Assembly: GCA_965116875.1 (NCBI GenBank)
Contig: OZ220733.1
Span: forward strand, 3,456,001 to 3,520,000
Length of the DNA stretch: 64,000 bases
Origin: Candidatus Latescibacterota bacterium
GTDB taxonomy: Bacteria; Latescibacterota; UBA2968; GCA-2709665
Reading direction: 5' to 3'
Of the stretch, positions 1 to 9,331 are shown one piece after another (position 1 is the first letter of the stretch; every line of letters starts with the position of its first letter). A program made the translations under genes and the position numbers. The notes below the pieces were generated by a model. It did not search any database. It was given only the letters and a program-made list of their open reading frames with translations, and was not told the DNA's origin.

Positions 1-10
1 ATTCGATCCT

Positions 11-102
11 TCGCCGGCCCTTCGCCCCTTCGACAGGCTCAGGGACCACAAGCTCAGGGGACGGCTCGGCTTCTGCGATGCCCCCTCAAGGGGGGAGTGA
101 TT
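11..102. repeat. ~90-bp dispersed palindromic repeat (REP/MITE-like, TTCGACAGGCTCAGGG core)
   Basis: Near-identical inverted copy at 48281-48372 and a partial inverted copy at ~48163-48215. Confidence 0.85.
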
Positions 103-216
103 GGTCCATCAAGCCGGCGCATGCGTTTCGTGCCATCCATCTGATCGCGGCTGAGCATAGCGAAGCGGCGCCAGGTACGCCTGAGCTGTAGCTTCACTTT
201 CTCGCGGAGTCTGTCT

Positions 217-1431
217 ATGAAATACAGGTTTTATTTGACGTTCGCGTCTGTACTGTGCTTTTCTTCCGCACACGCGGATTGGCCCCAGTGGCTGGGTCCC
301 GACCGAACGGGGATTTCTACCGAAACGGAATTCCGGAAGACCTGGCCGAAAAACGGCCCTGAGGTCCTGTGGAAGAAGAACCTGGGCGCAGGATTTTCAG
401 GGATCTCGGTGGCGGATGGCCGGGTATTCACCATGTTTGCGGAGGGTGACGATGAGTTCGTCGTCTGTCTGAATGAGGAATCGGGCGATGAAATCTGGCG
501 GTTCAGGACGGGGGGCATGTTCGAGGAGTGGCAGGGTGGCGACGGTCCCCGGTCGCAGCCGACGGTGGACGGAGAACGGGTCTACGTCCTCGGCGCAGAG
601 GGGACGCTGTACGCGCTGACGGCGGCAAACGGCGCAAAGATCTGGACCGTGGACCTGGTCGACGGACTCGGCGGCCGGTTTCCCAGGTTCGGATTTTCGA
701 CTTCGCCGCTGGTGGAAGGCGACTTCCTGTACCTGGAGGCGGCGACGCGCGACGGTACGTTTCTGGCGCTTCAAAGGAAAGACGGCAACGTCGCCTGGGC
801 TTCGCAGAACGACGTGGCTTCGTATTCCTCGCCCATCGCGGTGGATCTGGCCGGCGTGCGTCAGGTGGTCTATTTTTCCGGGGACGCCCTGGTGGGGCTT
901 TCGCCGGCGGACGGGTCCCTTTACTGGAGGTATCCCTGGAAGACGTCGTACGATCTGAACATCGCAACGCCGATCCTCGTGCCGCCGGATCGGGTCTTCA
1001 TTTCCTCGGGCTACGACCATGGCGCCGCGTTGTTGCGAATCGAGGCAGGCAGCGACGGGTTCTCGGCGACTCGGGTCTGGGAGAGCCGGCGGATGAAGAA
1101 CCATTTCGGCACGTCCGTGCTGGTGGGGGACTATCTGTACGGTTTCGATAACGCCATCCTGAAGTGCATCGAAGCACGGACCGGGAAAGAGCAGTGGAAA
1201 CACCGCGGGTATGGCAAGGGGGCGTTGATCTACGCCGACGGCCATCTCCTGCTGATGAGTGACAACGGAAGGCTGGCCCTGGCAACGGCAACGCCGGACG
1301 GATTCGAGGAAAAGGCCGGCGCGCAGGTGCTCGACGGCCGCAGCTGGACGATGCCGACCCTGGCCAACGGCCGCGTGTTCGTCAGGGATATGCGGAAAAT
1401 CGTTTGCCTGGACCTTCGTTCCGGCGGATAG
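217..1431 (+). CDS. Secreted PQQ-binding-like (BamB-type) beta-propeller protein
   Basis: Signal peptide ending SAHA, then DWPQWLGPDRTG; repeated SxP..G and G..xW blade motifs; C-terminal WTMPTLANGRVFVR. Confidence 0.85.
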   Translation: MKYRFYLTFASVLCFSSAHADWPQWLGPDRTGISTETEFRKTWPKNGPEVLWKKNLGAGFSGISVADGRVFTMFAEGDDEFVVCLNEESGDEIWRFRTGGMFEEWQGGDGPRSQPTVDGERVYVLGAEGTLYALTAANGAKIWTVDLVDGLGGRFPRFGFSTSPLVEGDFLYLEAATRDGTFLALQRKDGNVAWASQNDVASYSSPIAVDLAGVRQVVYFSGDALVGLSPADGSLYWRYPWKTSYDLNIATPILVPPDRVFISSGYDHGAALLRIEAGSDGFSATRVWESRRMKNHFGTSVLVGDYLYGFDNAILKCIEARTGKEQWKHRGYGKGALIYADGHLLLMSDNGRLALATATPDGFEEKAGAQVLDGRSWTMPTLANGRVFVRDMRKIVCLDLRSGG

Positions 1432-1449
1432 CGTCTACCATTGAGACTT

Positions 1450-1636
1450 CGAGGAGAGAGGAAAGAGGAGTGAGGAGTGAGTAACGATAAAAAGCAGATC
1501 GGGAAACGCGAAAGGAAAGAGGGGTGAGAGGCCTTTGACTCGCCTTCTCTCTTTTCTCACTACTCTTCACTCTCTCCTCGACTTTTCCCTTCTCTCTTTT
1601 CTCACGTCTCTCCGCTCTCTCCTCTGCTCGTTTCCC
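1450..1636. repeat. Purine-rich heptamer array followed by complementary pyrimidine-rich heptamer array
   Basis: GAGGAGA GAGGAAA GAGGAGT GAGGAGT ... then TTCTCTC TTTTCTC ACTACTC TTCACTC TCTCCTC; CGAGGAGAGAG (1450-1460) is the perfect reverse complement of CTCTCTCCTCG (1570-1580). Confidence 0.75.
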
Positions 1637-1668
1637 TTGTTCCTGCGACGCAAGGTCGGGACGTCCTG

Positions 1669-3801
1669 GTGAAAGGAATTCGAATGATGTTGCATTTTCG
1701 AACGGTTCTACTGGCCGCCATTTTTTCGGGTCTGGCCCTGAACACGGTGTTTGCCGCGGACGACGAGGCGGACGGGGAAGCCGGTGATGATCTTCCCGTT
1801 TACGCCGGCGAAGAGATCGTCGTGACCGAGAGCAAGGAAAAGGTCGCCACGATCGGTTCGGTCGCCAGCAAGATCCCGGTGCCTCTGGGGGAAACGCCCG
1901 CCAGCGTCAGCGTGGTCAACCGCGGGCTGATCGAGCATCAGAGCGGCGTGGTTCTCGGCGACGCCCTTCGCAACGTGAGCGGCGTGAACGTGCAGACGGT
2001 GTTCGGCGTGACGGACTTTTTCGTGATTCGAGGGTTCGATTCGCTGTCGAGCGGGCTGGTGCTGACGGACGGCGCTTCCGAGCCCGAGGCCACGTTCTAC
2101 AATCTCTACAACCTCGACCGTGTGGAGGTGCTGAAGGGCCCCGGCGCGTTTCTCTACGGCGGCAATCCGCTGTCCGGATCCGTGAATCTGAACCGGAAGC
2201 AACCCGTCTTCAAGCGCATCTTTCAGGCCAGGGGCGCTTACGGCCCCTATGGAAGCGTAAGAAGCAGCGTCGACGCCGGCTGGGGGGACCCGGCGCGGGG
2301 CGCGGCCGTGCGTTTCAACGGCCTCCGGCAGGTTTCCGACAACTACCGTGACGACAAGAGCAGTGGCATCTGGGCCCTGAACCCCGCCGTCACCCTGCGA
2401 AACGACAGGACGACGGCCACGGCGAATCTCGAATACGTGACCAGCGAGTACAAGTCCGATTCCGGATTGCCAGTGGCTGGAGGCCAACTGGCCGACGTGC
2501 CGCGAACCCGCTCCTACCAGTCCCCTTTCGATGTTTCGGACCAGGAGATTTATCGGGTGCGGATGGATGTACAGACCCGACTGTCTCCGCGCGTCACGTT
2601 GCGAAACAAGCTGTATTTTACGGATTTTTCCTGGATTTCCAACGGTACGCTGTTCAACGGCGTGTATCCCAACGCCGCGGGAAGCCAGGACCTGGTCAGG
2701 ACGTTGCTGCTTCTCGACGACCGGCAGAAGGTGTTTGGCAATCAGTCTGAGTTTGTGTTCTCGTTCTCCACGGGACGTGCGAATCACACGCTGCTGGCGG
2801 GTCTGGAACTGATGCGGTGGCAGGACAGGTTTACGCTCGACGTTGCGGTCCTGCCGAATATCGATCTGTATTCGCCGGTCGAAACGGCCGCGCTGCCGTA
2901 TTTCGTCGTACCGAATCAATCCCGCGCGGCAGATGCGACGAGCGGCGTGGTTGCGCCGTTTGTCGTCGACCGGATTGTCTTTTCCGATTTTTTCCAGGCG
3001 TTTGTGGGCGCCCGCTTCGACCGGATCCGGTACGACGACCCTGTCACGTCAACGTCGAGGGCGTTTAACGAACTCAGTCCGATGGCGGGCGTGGCGCTGA
3101 ATCCCGCGGAGGACCTGACCCTCTATGCCAGCGCCGGCAAGGCCTTTGCGCCGCCGTCGAGCCTGGTCGCTGGGCCGCGTGACGTTGAATCGGCCACGCA
3201 GTTCGAAGCCGGCGCGAAGAAATTCCTCGTGGACAACCGCCTTCACGCGTCACTGGCTGTCTTCGATCTGCGGAAATACGACATCGGCATCCCGGATGAG
3301 ACCGGCGTGACCAGACAGGACGGGGACCAGCGTTCGCGGGGCATGGAGCTGGAAGTGATGGCGCGTCCCGGCGGCGGTTGCCACGTCTTTCTGACGTACG
3401 CGTATTCCAACGCGGAACTGACACGGTTTACGGAGATGTTGGCCGTACCCACGCCCACCGGGATGCAGTTCCGGCACCTGGACCGGTCCGGCAACAGGCC
3501 GGCCTTCTCGCCGAAACACATACTGAATATCTGGAGCGCACTGGGCTTCGAAAGCGGAATCGAACTGGGACTGGGTGCCAGGTACGTCGGCAGCCAGTTC
3601 ATCGCCGAGGACAATCAGTACCGTATCGGCGGCGTGCTGACGCTTGACGCTTCCGCATCGTACACGTACGGGCACGCGACAATCAGGGTCAATGCCAGGA
3701 ACCTGACCGATCACGAGTACGAGACCCGCGGGTTCGGCGCGATGTCGGTGATTCCGGCGCCGCCTTTCGGCCTGTACGGCGCCATTCAGGTTGACCTGTG
3801 A
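1669..3801 (+). CDS. TonB-dependent outer-membrane receptor (siderophore-receptor-like)
   Basis: Signal peptide, TonB-box-like EEIVVT, plug motifs PASVSVV / DALRNVSGV / RVEVLKGPGAFLYG, C-terminal NLTDHEY barrel motif. Start may be 1684 or 1687. Confidence 0.9.
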   Translation: MKGIRMMLHFRTVLLAAIFSGLALNTVFAADDEADGEAGDDLPVYAGEEIVVTESKEKVATIGSVASKIPVPLGETPASVSVVNRGLIEHQSGVVLGDALRNVSGVNVQTVFGVTDFFVIRGFDSLSSGLVLTDGASEPEATFYNLYNLDRVEVLKGPGAFLYGGNPLSGSVNLNRKQPVFKRIFQARGAYGPYGSVRSSVDAGWGDPARGAAVRFNGLRQVSDNYRDDKSSGIWALNPAVTLRNDRTTATANLEYVTSEYKSDSGLPVAGGQLADVPRTRSYQSPFDVSDQEIYRVRMDVQTRLSPRVTLRNKLYFTDFSWISNGTLFNGVYPNAAGSQDLVRTLLLLDDRQKVFGNQSEFVFSFSTGRANHTLLAGLELMRWQDRFTLDVAVLPNIDLYSPVETAALPYFVVPNQSRAADATSGVVAPFVVDRIVFSDFFQAFVGARFDRIRYDDPVTSTSRAFNELSPMAGVALNPAEDLTLYASAGKAFAPPSSLVAGPRDVESATQFEAGAKKFLVDNRLHASLAVFDLRKYDIGIPDETGVTRQDGDQRSRGMELEVMARPGGGCHVFLTYAYSNAELTRFTEMLAVPTPTGMQFRHLDRSGNRPAFSPKHILNIWSALGFESGIELGLGARYVGSQFIAEDNQYRIGGVLTLDASASYTYGHATIRVNARNLTDHEYETRGFGAMSVIPAPPFGLYGAIQVDL

Positions 3802-5075
3802 GCTCCGTCGGCCTGGAGCGGGACCGACACGTACGGGTCCGGACGCAGTTGCGGCGCCTGAAGGACATGCTCGTCCCCGTCATGCGGGACAACCCGTTTT
3901 ACAGAGATAAGCTGTCCGGGGCCGGATTGTCCTCGCCCGGGGACGTACGGACCCTCGATGATTACAGGCGACTCCCCTTTACAACCAAGGCTGAACTGTC
4001 GGCCGACCAGGACGCGCACCCGCCCTACGGAACCAATCTGACGTATCCTCCGCGGGATTACATCCGGGTCCATCAGACGTCGGGCACGACGGGCAGTCCC
4101 CTGCGCTGGCTGGATACGCGGAAAAGCTGGGACTGGTTCGCAGGCTGCTGGCGCCGGGTTTTCGATGGCGCTGGCGTTACGTCCGAGGACCGGCTGTTTT
4201 TCGCCTTCTCGTTCGGACCGTTCATCGGGTTCTGGACCGCGCACGAAGCCGCCCGGCTGATCGGGGCGATGGCCATTACGGGCGGGTCGATGTCGTCGAC
4301 CCAGCGGCTGCATGCCATCGAGGAACACCGGGCGACGGTTCTGGTCTGCACGCCGACGTACGCGCTGCATCTGGCGGAAGTGGCCGAAACGGAGGGGATC
4401 GACGTCGCGGGTTCCAGCATTCGCGCCACGATTCACGCCGGGGAACCCGGGGCCGGTCTCCCCGCAACGAGACGGCGGATCGAAGAAGCCTGGGGCGCCA
4501 GGTGTTACGACCACGCGGGCGCAACCGAGGCGGGAGCGTGGGGGTTCGAGTGCCGCGCCCGGAACGGCATGCACGTGAACGAAGGCGAGTTCATCTGTGA
4601 AGTGATCGATCCGGATTCCGGGGAGCCGGCCGACGAGGGCGAACTGGTCCTGACGAATCTTGGGCGGGTGGGGATGCCGGTGATCCGTTACCGGACCGGC
4701 GACCGCGTCAGGCGCGCGAAGGGGGCATGCCCATGCGGGTCCGGGTTTCTCCGGCTGGAAAACGGCGTGATCGGCCGCATCGACGGCGGGATCATCATTC
4801 GCGGGATCGTCATCTACCCGAGCGCGGTTGAGAACGTCGTCAGGTCCTTTCCGGAAATAACGGAGTTTGCGGTCGACGTGTACCGGCGTCGTTCCCTGGA
4901 CGAAATGGAGATCCGCGTCGAAGTCAGGGGAAAATCACCGGACGCCGTTGCAGATGACGTGGCGCGGGCAGCGAGGCGGAAGCTGGGGTTCCGTGTCGGG
5001 GTTCGTGCGGTCGGCCCGAACACGCTGCCCAGGTTCGAGCTGAAGGCACAACGGCTTACGGACCATCGGAACTGA
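3798..5075 (+). CDS. Phenylacetate-CoA ligase family (PaaK-like) adenylate-forming enzyme
   Basis: LPFTTKAEL, HQTSGTTGSP, CTPTYALHL, DHAGATE, IRYRTGD and C-terminal LPRFELKAQR motifs; GTGA overlap with receptor stop. Confidence 0.88.
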   Translation: MSSVGLERDRHVRVRTQLRRLKDMLVPVMRDNPFYRDKLSGAGLSSPGDVRTLDDYRRLPFTTKAELSADQDAHPPYGTNLTYPPRDYIRVHQTSGTTGSPLRWLDTRKSWDWFAGCWRRVFDGAGVTSEDRLFFAFSFGPFIGFWTAHEAARLIGAMAITGGSMSSTQRLHAIEEHRATVLVCTPTYALHLAEVAETEGIDVAGSSIRATIHAGEPGAGLPATRRRIEEAWGARCYDHAGATEAGAWGFECRARNGMHVNEGEFICEVIDPDSGEPADEGELVLTNLGRVGMPVIRYRTGDRVRRAKGACPCGSGFLRLENGVIGRIDGGIIIRGIVIYPSAVENVVRSFPEITEFAVDVYRRRSLDEMEIRVEVRGKSPDAVADDVARAARRKLGFRVGVRAVGPNTLPRFELKAQRLTDHRN

Positions 5076-5088
5076 GTTTCCGCGGGAA

Positions 5089-6363
5089 GTGCCAATGGGT
5101 TCAGACTCCTACGATGTCATTGTGATCGGCGGCGGCCCCGCGGGGAGTACCACCGCGGCGCTGGTGGCCGAGTACGGCCATCGCGTGTTGTTGCTCGAGC
5201 GGGAGCGGTTTCCCCGGTTTCAGATCGGCGAGTCGCTGATGCCCGGTACCTACTGGTCGTTCAAACGGCTGGGCGTTCTGGAAAAACTGAAGAAAAGCGC
5301 GTTCGTCAGGAAATACAGCGTGCAGTTCTTCGGTGCGTCGGGAAAAGGATCGGCGCCATTCTATTTTCACCGGCACGACCCGCACGAGAGTTCGGTCACC
5401 TGGCAGGTGTTGCGAAGCGAGTTCGACCGGATGATGCTGGACAACGCCCGCGAGAAAGGGGCGTGCGTGACGCAGGGGACCGCCGTTCAGGAAGTCCTCT
5501 TCGACGGTAGGCGGGCCGTCGGCGTCAGGGCGAAATATAGCGACGGCAGCCTGAACGACCTCCCGGCCCGCGTGGTCGTGGATGCAACGGGCCGCAGCGC
5601 CTTGATTTCCCGCAAGCTGAAAATCAAGGCGGAGGAGCCCACCCTCAAGAAGGCGTCCCTCTTCACGCATTTCGAGAGCGGGTCCAGGGACGAGGGGATC
5701 GACGAGGGGGCGACCCTGATATTGCACACCCGCACGAAGGACGCGTGGTTCTGGTATATCCCGCTGGCCGGCGACGTGGTCAGCGTGGGTGTGGTTGGGG
5801 ATATCGGGTACCTGTTGCAGAAGCGGGAGGGAACGCCCCAGGACATATTCGAAGAGGAATTGGAGAAATGCCGGCCGATGCAGGACCGGCTGGAGCCCGC
5901 CCGGCAGCTGTTTCCCATGAAGGTGACCAGCGATTTCTCCTACCGGGCCCATTCGGTTTCCGGAGATGGCTGGGTGCTGGTTGGCGACGCCTACGGATTT
6001 CTGGATCCCGTCTATTCATCCGGCGTGTTCCTGGCGCTCAAATCCGGCGAAATGGCGGCCGATGCAATTCACGAGGCCTTTCAGAAAGACGATTTTTCCG
6101 CGAAGCGACTCGGTACATGGGGTGAGGAATTCATCCCCGGCATGGAAGCCGTTCGAAAGCTGGTCTACGCGTTCTACACGAAGGAATTCAGTTTCAGCAG
6201 GTTTCTCGACGCCCATCCGGAGTGTCTCGACGGCATCGTGGACATCTTGAGCGGGAAGGTCTATATCAACGACGTCACGCCCATCTTCGGACCGATGGGT
6301 CAGATGTGCGATCTGCCCGAAGACATGGACCACTATGAAAAAGCAATAGAAATTAAGAATTAA
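5089..6363 (+). CDS. FAD-dependent halogenase-like oxidoreductase (Trp-halogenase family, carrier/CoA-tethered-substrate type)
   Basis: GGGPAG FAD motif, FPRFQIGESL, WFWYIP (WxWxIP), GDAYGFLDPVYSSGV. Start 5089 GTG or 5095 ATG. Confidence 0.85.
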   Translation: MPMGSDSYDVIVIGGGPAGSTTAALVAEYGHRVLLLERERFPRFQIGESLMPGTYWSFKRLGVLEKLKKSAFVRKYSVQFFGASGKGSAPFYFHRHDPHESSVTWQVLRSEFDRMMLDNAREKGACVTQGTAVQEVLFDGRRAVGVRAKYSDGSLNDLPARVVVDATGRSALISRKLKIKAEEPTLKKASLFTHFESGSRDEGIDEGATLILHTRTKDAWFWYIPLAGDVVSVGVVGDIGYLLQKREGTPQDIFEEELEKCRPMQDRLEPARQLFPMKVTSDFSYRAHSVSGDGWVLVGDAYGFLDPVYSSGVFLALKSGEMAADAIHEAFQKDDFSAKRLGTWGEEFIPGMEAVRKLVYAFYTKEFSFSRFLDAHPECLDGIVDILSGKVYINDVTPIFGPMGQMCDLPEDMDHYEKAIEIKN

Positions 6364-6713
6364 GAATTGAGAATTAAGAATTGCGTTTGCTGAAAGATAC
6401 CGGCTATCTATCCGAAGACGAATTCGCCAGCATTCATGCCGATGCTGAAGAATTTTGTCGGCTTCTGGCAGCGATTCAGAAGACCGCGAAGGACAAACGC
6501 AGCGCCTGACTCTGATTCTCAATTCTCAATTTTTAATTCTTAATTCTTAATTGATTGTTCCCCATGCAAATTGCCTAATTCGCCGCCGGTTCATTCGCAT
6601 CCATTCCGATGCGGAAGAACTTTGTCGGCTTCTCGCAGCGATTCAGAAGACCGCGAAGGACAAACGCAGCTCCTGACTCTAATTCTTAATTCTCAATTCT
6701 TAATTCTTAATTC
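6351..6713 (+). repeat. Heptamer arrays plus two truncated copies of the four-helix-bundle gene 3' end and a decayed copy of the GT4 start
   Basis: (AATTAAG)n 6351-6382; copy A 6381-6509 and copy B ~6597-6676 match 6981-7105; (TTCTTAA)n at 6514-6553 and 6680-6713; 6551-6589 matches 7308-7346. Confidence 0.85.
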
Positions 6714-6745
6714 GTATGGTGTTGTAGCGAGATTGTGGAGACGAA

Positions 6746-7114
6746 ATGAAGGATGATAACATCGTCCAGGAAAAAGGCTATGGATTTGCAGTTCGAGTGG
6801 TACGGCTCTATCAACACTTGTCAACGGAAAAGAAGGAATTCGTGCTATCAAAGCAATTGTTACGCTCTGGAACCGGTATTGGAGCTAACATCGAAGAGGC
6901 GATTGGTGGTCAGTCCCGTGCAGACTTTGTCAGCAAGATGGCCATCGCCTATAAAGAAGCTCGTGAAAGCAGCTATTGGCTGCGTTTACTGAAAGATACA
7001 GACTATTTGTCCGAAGACGAATTCGCCAGCATTCATTCCGATGCTACAGAACTTTGTCGGCTACTCGCAGCGATTCAGAAGACCGCGAAGGACAAACGTA
7101 CCGCCAAATCCTAA
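6746..7114 (+). CDS. Four-helix-bundle protein (23S rRNA IVP / bAvd-like family)
   Basis: KQLLRSGTGIGANIEEA, SRADFVSKMAIAYKEARESSYWLRLL signature; GGAG RBS; markedly lower GC than neighbours. Confidence 0.9.
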   Translation: MKDDNIVQEKGYGFAVRVVRLYQHLSTEKKEFVLSKQLLRSGTGIGANIEEAIGGQSRADFVSKMAIAYKEARESSYWLRLLKDTDYLSEDEFASIHSDATELCRLLAAIQKTAKDKRTAKS

Positions 7115-7320
7115 TTCGTAACTCTTAATTTGTAATTTTAATCTGTTAATTCCCATGCAAATTGCCTAATTCGCCGCCGGTTCATTCGCATCCACTCCGA
7201 TGCGGAAGATCTTTGTCGGCTTCTCGCAGCGATTCAAAAGACCGCGAAGGACAAACGCAGCGCCTGACTCCGACTCTAATTCTTAATTCGTAATTCTTAA
7301 TTCTCAATTGATTAATCCCC
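7112..7320 (+). repeat. Heptamer array, decayed GT4-start copy, third four-helix-bundle 3' copy and heptamer array
   Basis: 7151-7310 is a ~150-bp direct repeat of 6560-6713. Confidence 0.85.
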
Positions 7321-8613
7321 ATGCGAATTGCTTATATCGCCGCCGGCGCCGCGGGGATGTATTGCGGAAGCTGCATTAACGACAATACGCTGGCCTCGGC
7401 GCTCAGGCGCAAGGGAGTCGACGTGGCGCTGATTCCAACGTACACGCCGCTGCGGACCGATGGTCCGGACGAGAGCATCGACCGTGTGTTCTACGGCGGA
7501 ATCAACGTCTATCTCCAGCAAAAACTGGCGTTCTTTCGTCGCGCGCCGGAATTCGTGGACCGCCTGATGAACGCGCGGACACTCTTGAATTCGCTTTCGT
7601 GGTTCACCGGATCGACGCGTGCGGAGGAGCTGGGGGCGCTCACGGTCTCTATGCTGAAGGGGGAACAGGGTTGCCAGAGGAAGGAGCTGAAAAAGCTGGT
7701 CCGGTGGCTGAAAGACGACCTGCGCCCGGACCTTGTTCATCTGACGAATTCCATGTTTCTCGGCATGGTACGCGAGTTGAAGCGTGAACTGGGCGTTCCC
7801 GTTCTGTGTTCCGTGCAGGGAGAGGAGGTTTTTCTCGACGGGTTGGTCAGACCGTACCGGGACGAGGCGTTGCATGCGATGCGCGACCGGGCGGGCGACG
7901 TGGACGCATTTGTGGCAACGTGCGACTGGTACGCGGCGTCCATGGCCGCGTACCTGAGTGCGCCGCGCGAACGCTTCCGCGTGGTTCCCCTGGGCATCCG
8001 TCTGGATGGCCACGGCGAGGCCGATCGGGTCTTGCCGGAGACGCCGTTTACGATTGGCTACATGGCCCGCATCGCGCCGGAGAAGGGACTGCATCTTCTG
8101 GCGGATGCCGTGGGGCGGCTGGCGGAGCAGGTGGGAAAAGAAAATGTCAGGTTGCTGGCGGCGGGTTATCTGGGCGGGCGTGAGAAGCGCTACTTTCGCG
8201 AGGTCGTCTCGTTGATTGCATCCCGCGGGATTTCCAACGCCTTCGAGTACCGAGGCGAGGTGGACCGGCAGCAGAAAATCGATTTTCTGAACAGCGTCCA
8301 TGTCTTGTCTGTACCCACGCCGTATCGGGAACCGAAGGGGCTCTTCGTATTGGAGGCGCTGGCCAGCGGTACGCCGGTGGTCCAGCCGCGTCACGGCGCG
8401 TTCCCGGAGCTTCTCGAACGCACCGGAGGCGGCATCCTGGTCGATCCGGACTCTCCGGCTGCGCTCGCGGAGGGGCTGTCCCGGATGATGAGCGACAGGG
8501 AGGCCCGGGAAGGCATGGGGAGACGGGGCCGTGCGGCCGTGCTCCGGACGGCCGGCGACGGGTGCATGGCCGACGCCATGCTGGACGTCTATCGACAATT
8601 CGTCCCGGCGTGA
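7321..8613 (+). CDS. Glycosyltransferase family 4 (GT-B) with N-terminal CxxC motif
   Basis: MRIAYIAAGAAGMYCGSC; ARIAPEKGLHLL; EPKGLFVLEALASGTPVV (E-x7-E motif). Confidence 0.9.
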   Translation: MRIAYIAAGAAGMYCGSCINDNTLASALRRKGVDVALIPTYTPLRTDGPDESIDRVFYGGINVYLQQKLAFFRRAPEFVDRLMNARTLLNSLSWFTGSTRAEELGALTVSMLKGEQGCQRKELKKLVRWLKDDLRPDLVHLTNSMFLGMVRELKRELGVPVLCSVQGEEVFLDGLVRPYRDEALHAMRDRAGDVDAFVATCDWYAASMAAYLSAPRERFRVVPLGIRLDGHGEADRVLPETPFTIGYMARIAPEKGLHLLADAVGRLAEQVGKENVRLLAAGYLGGREKRYFREVVSLIASRGISNAFEYRGEVDRQQKIDFLNSVHVLSVPTPYREPKGLFVLEALASGTPVVQPRHGAFPELLERTGGGILVDPDSPAALAEGLSRMMSDREAREGMGRRGRAAVLRTAGDGCMADAMLDVYRQFVPA

Positions 8614-8694
8614 TCCGTCCTCGGACCGAGGTTCCGGCGGCTTGCTCCGGCCCGAAGAGCGACTTTATCAACGGACTGCAAAGGGGGAGAAAAT

Positions 8695-9195
8695 ATGCCG
8701 GCCGAACAGGCAACCACGCCAGGGCTGACCTGGTTGATATTCGCCGCCATGACGGTAGGGGCATGGGGACTGTACGGAATCTTTCTGCATACCGGGCAAA
8801 TTGCAATGGCCGATCCCGTGAACGGACGGTACAAAGCGTTCCTGCTGGTGGGCGTGGCGTATCTGCTGACCGCGGTCATCGGTTCCATGATCGTCCTCTG
8901 GGTGAACGGCTCGGACTGGTCGTTTCCCGTGCGCGGGTTCACGTGGTCTCTGCTTGCAGGCACCGTGGGCGCCATCGGCGCATTCGGCGTCCTGCTCGCG
9001 TTCGGGGCCCGGGGCACGCCTGCCGTTGTGATGTCGATCGTGTTCGCGGGGGCGCCCATTGTCAACGCCGTCGTGTCGATGGCCGTGCACCCGCCCGCCG
9101 GTGGATGGGGCGCGCTGAACTGGCAGTTCGTGCTGGGCATCGTACTCGCGGCGATGGGGGGGTGCCTCGTGACGCTCTTCAAGCCGGCGTCGTGA
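8695..9195 (+). CDS. Small integral membrane protein, DMT/EamA-like
   Basis: About five hydrophobic helices, WGLYGIFLH start, VMSIVFAGAPIVNA motif; GGGAG RBS. Confidence 0.7.
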   Translation: MPAEQATTPGLTWLIFAAMTVGAWGLYGIFLHTGQIAMADPVNGRYKAFLLVGVAYLLTAVIGSMIVLWVNGSDWSFPVRGFTWSLLAGTVGAIGAFGVLLAFGARGTPAVVMSIVFAGAPIVNAVVSMAVHPPAGGWGALNWQFVLGIVLAAMGGCLVTLFKPAS

Positions 9196-9281
9196 CCTCT
9201 CCGCCCGGCCGCTGGCGATACCGTCTGGCGTCTCCCGTCTCCCCCCATTCGGAATCGTTCAATTCGTGGTTGTGTGGTTTT

Positions 9282-9306
9282 GTAGGGGCGTCCCTTGTGG
9301 GCGCCC
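9282..9306 (+). repeat. GTAG-type REP element
   Basis: GTAGGGGCGTCCCTTGTGGGCGCCC; related copies at 24883, 24931 (inverted), 48551 (inverted), 48626, 48839. Confidence 0.8.
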
Positions 9307-9331
9307 GGTGGAATCCCTGAGAGGAAGTCCT

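Noticed and set aside
6381-6756. RiPP precursor peptide for the halogenase
   Set aside because: Short ORFs here are translations of duplicated gene fragments and heptamers (ILNS repeats), with no leader/core pattern.
6381-7267. Diversity-generating retroelement (Avd-like gene plus TR/VR-like repeats)
   Set aside because: No reverse transcriptase in the window, mismatches between copies are not confined to adenines, and the repeats copy the four-helix-bundle gene itself.
6351-7320. CRISPR array
   Set aside because: Repeats are 7-mers and 80-150-bp gene fragments without unique regular spacers; no cas genes.
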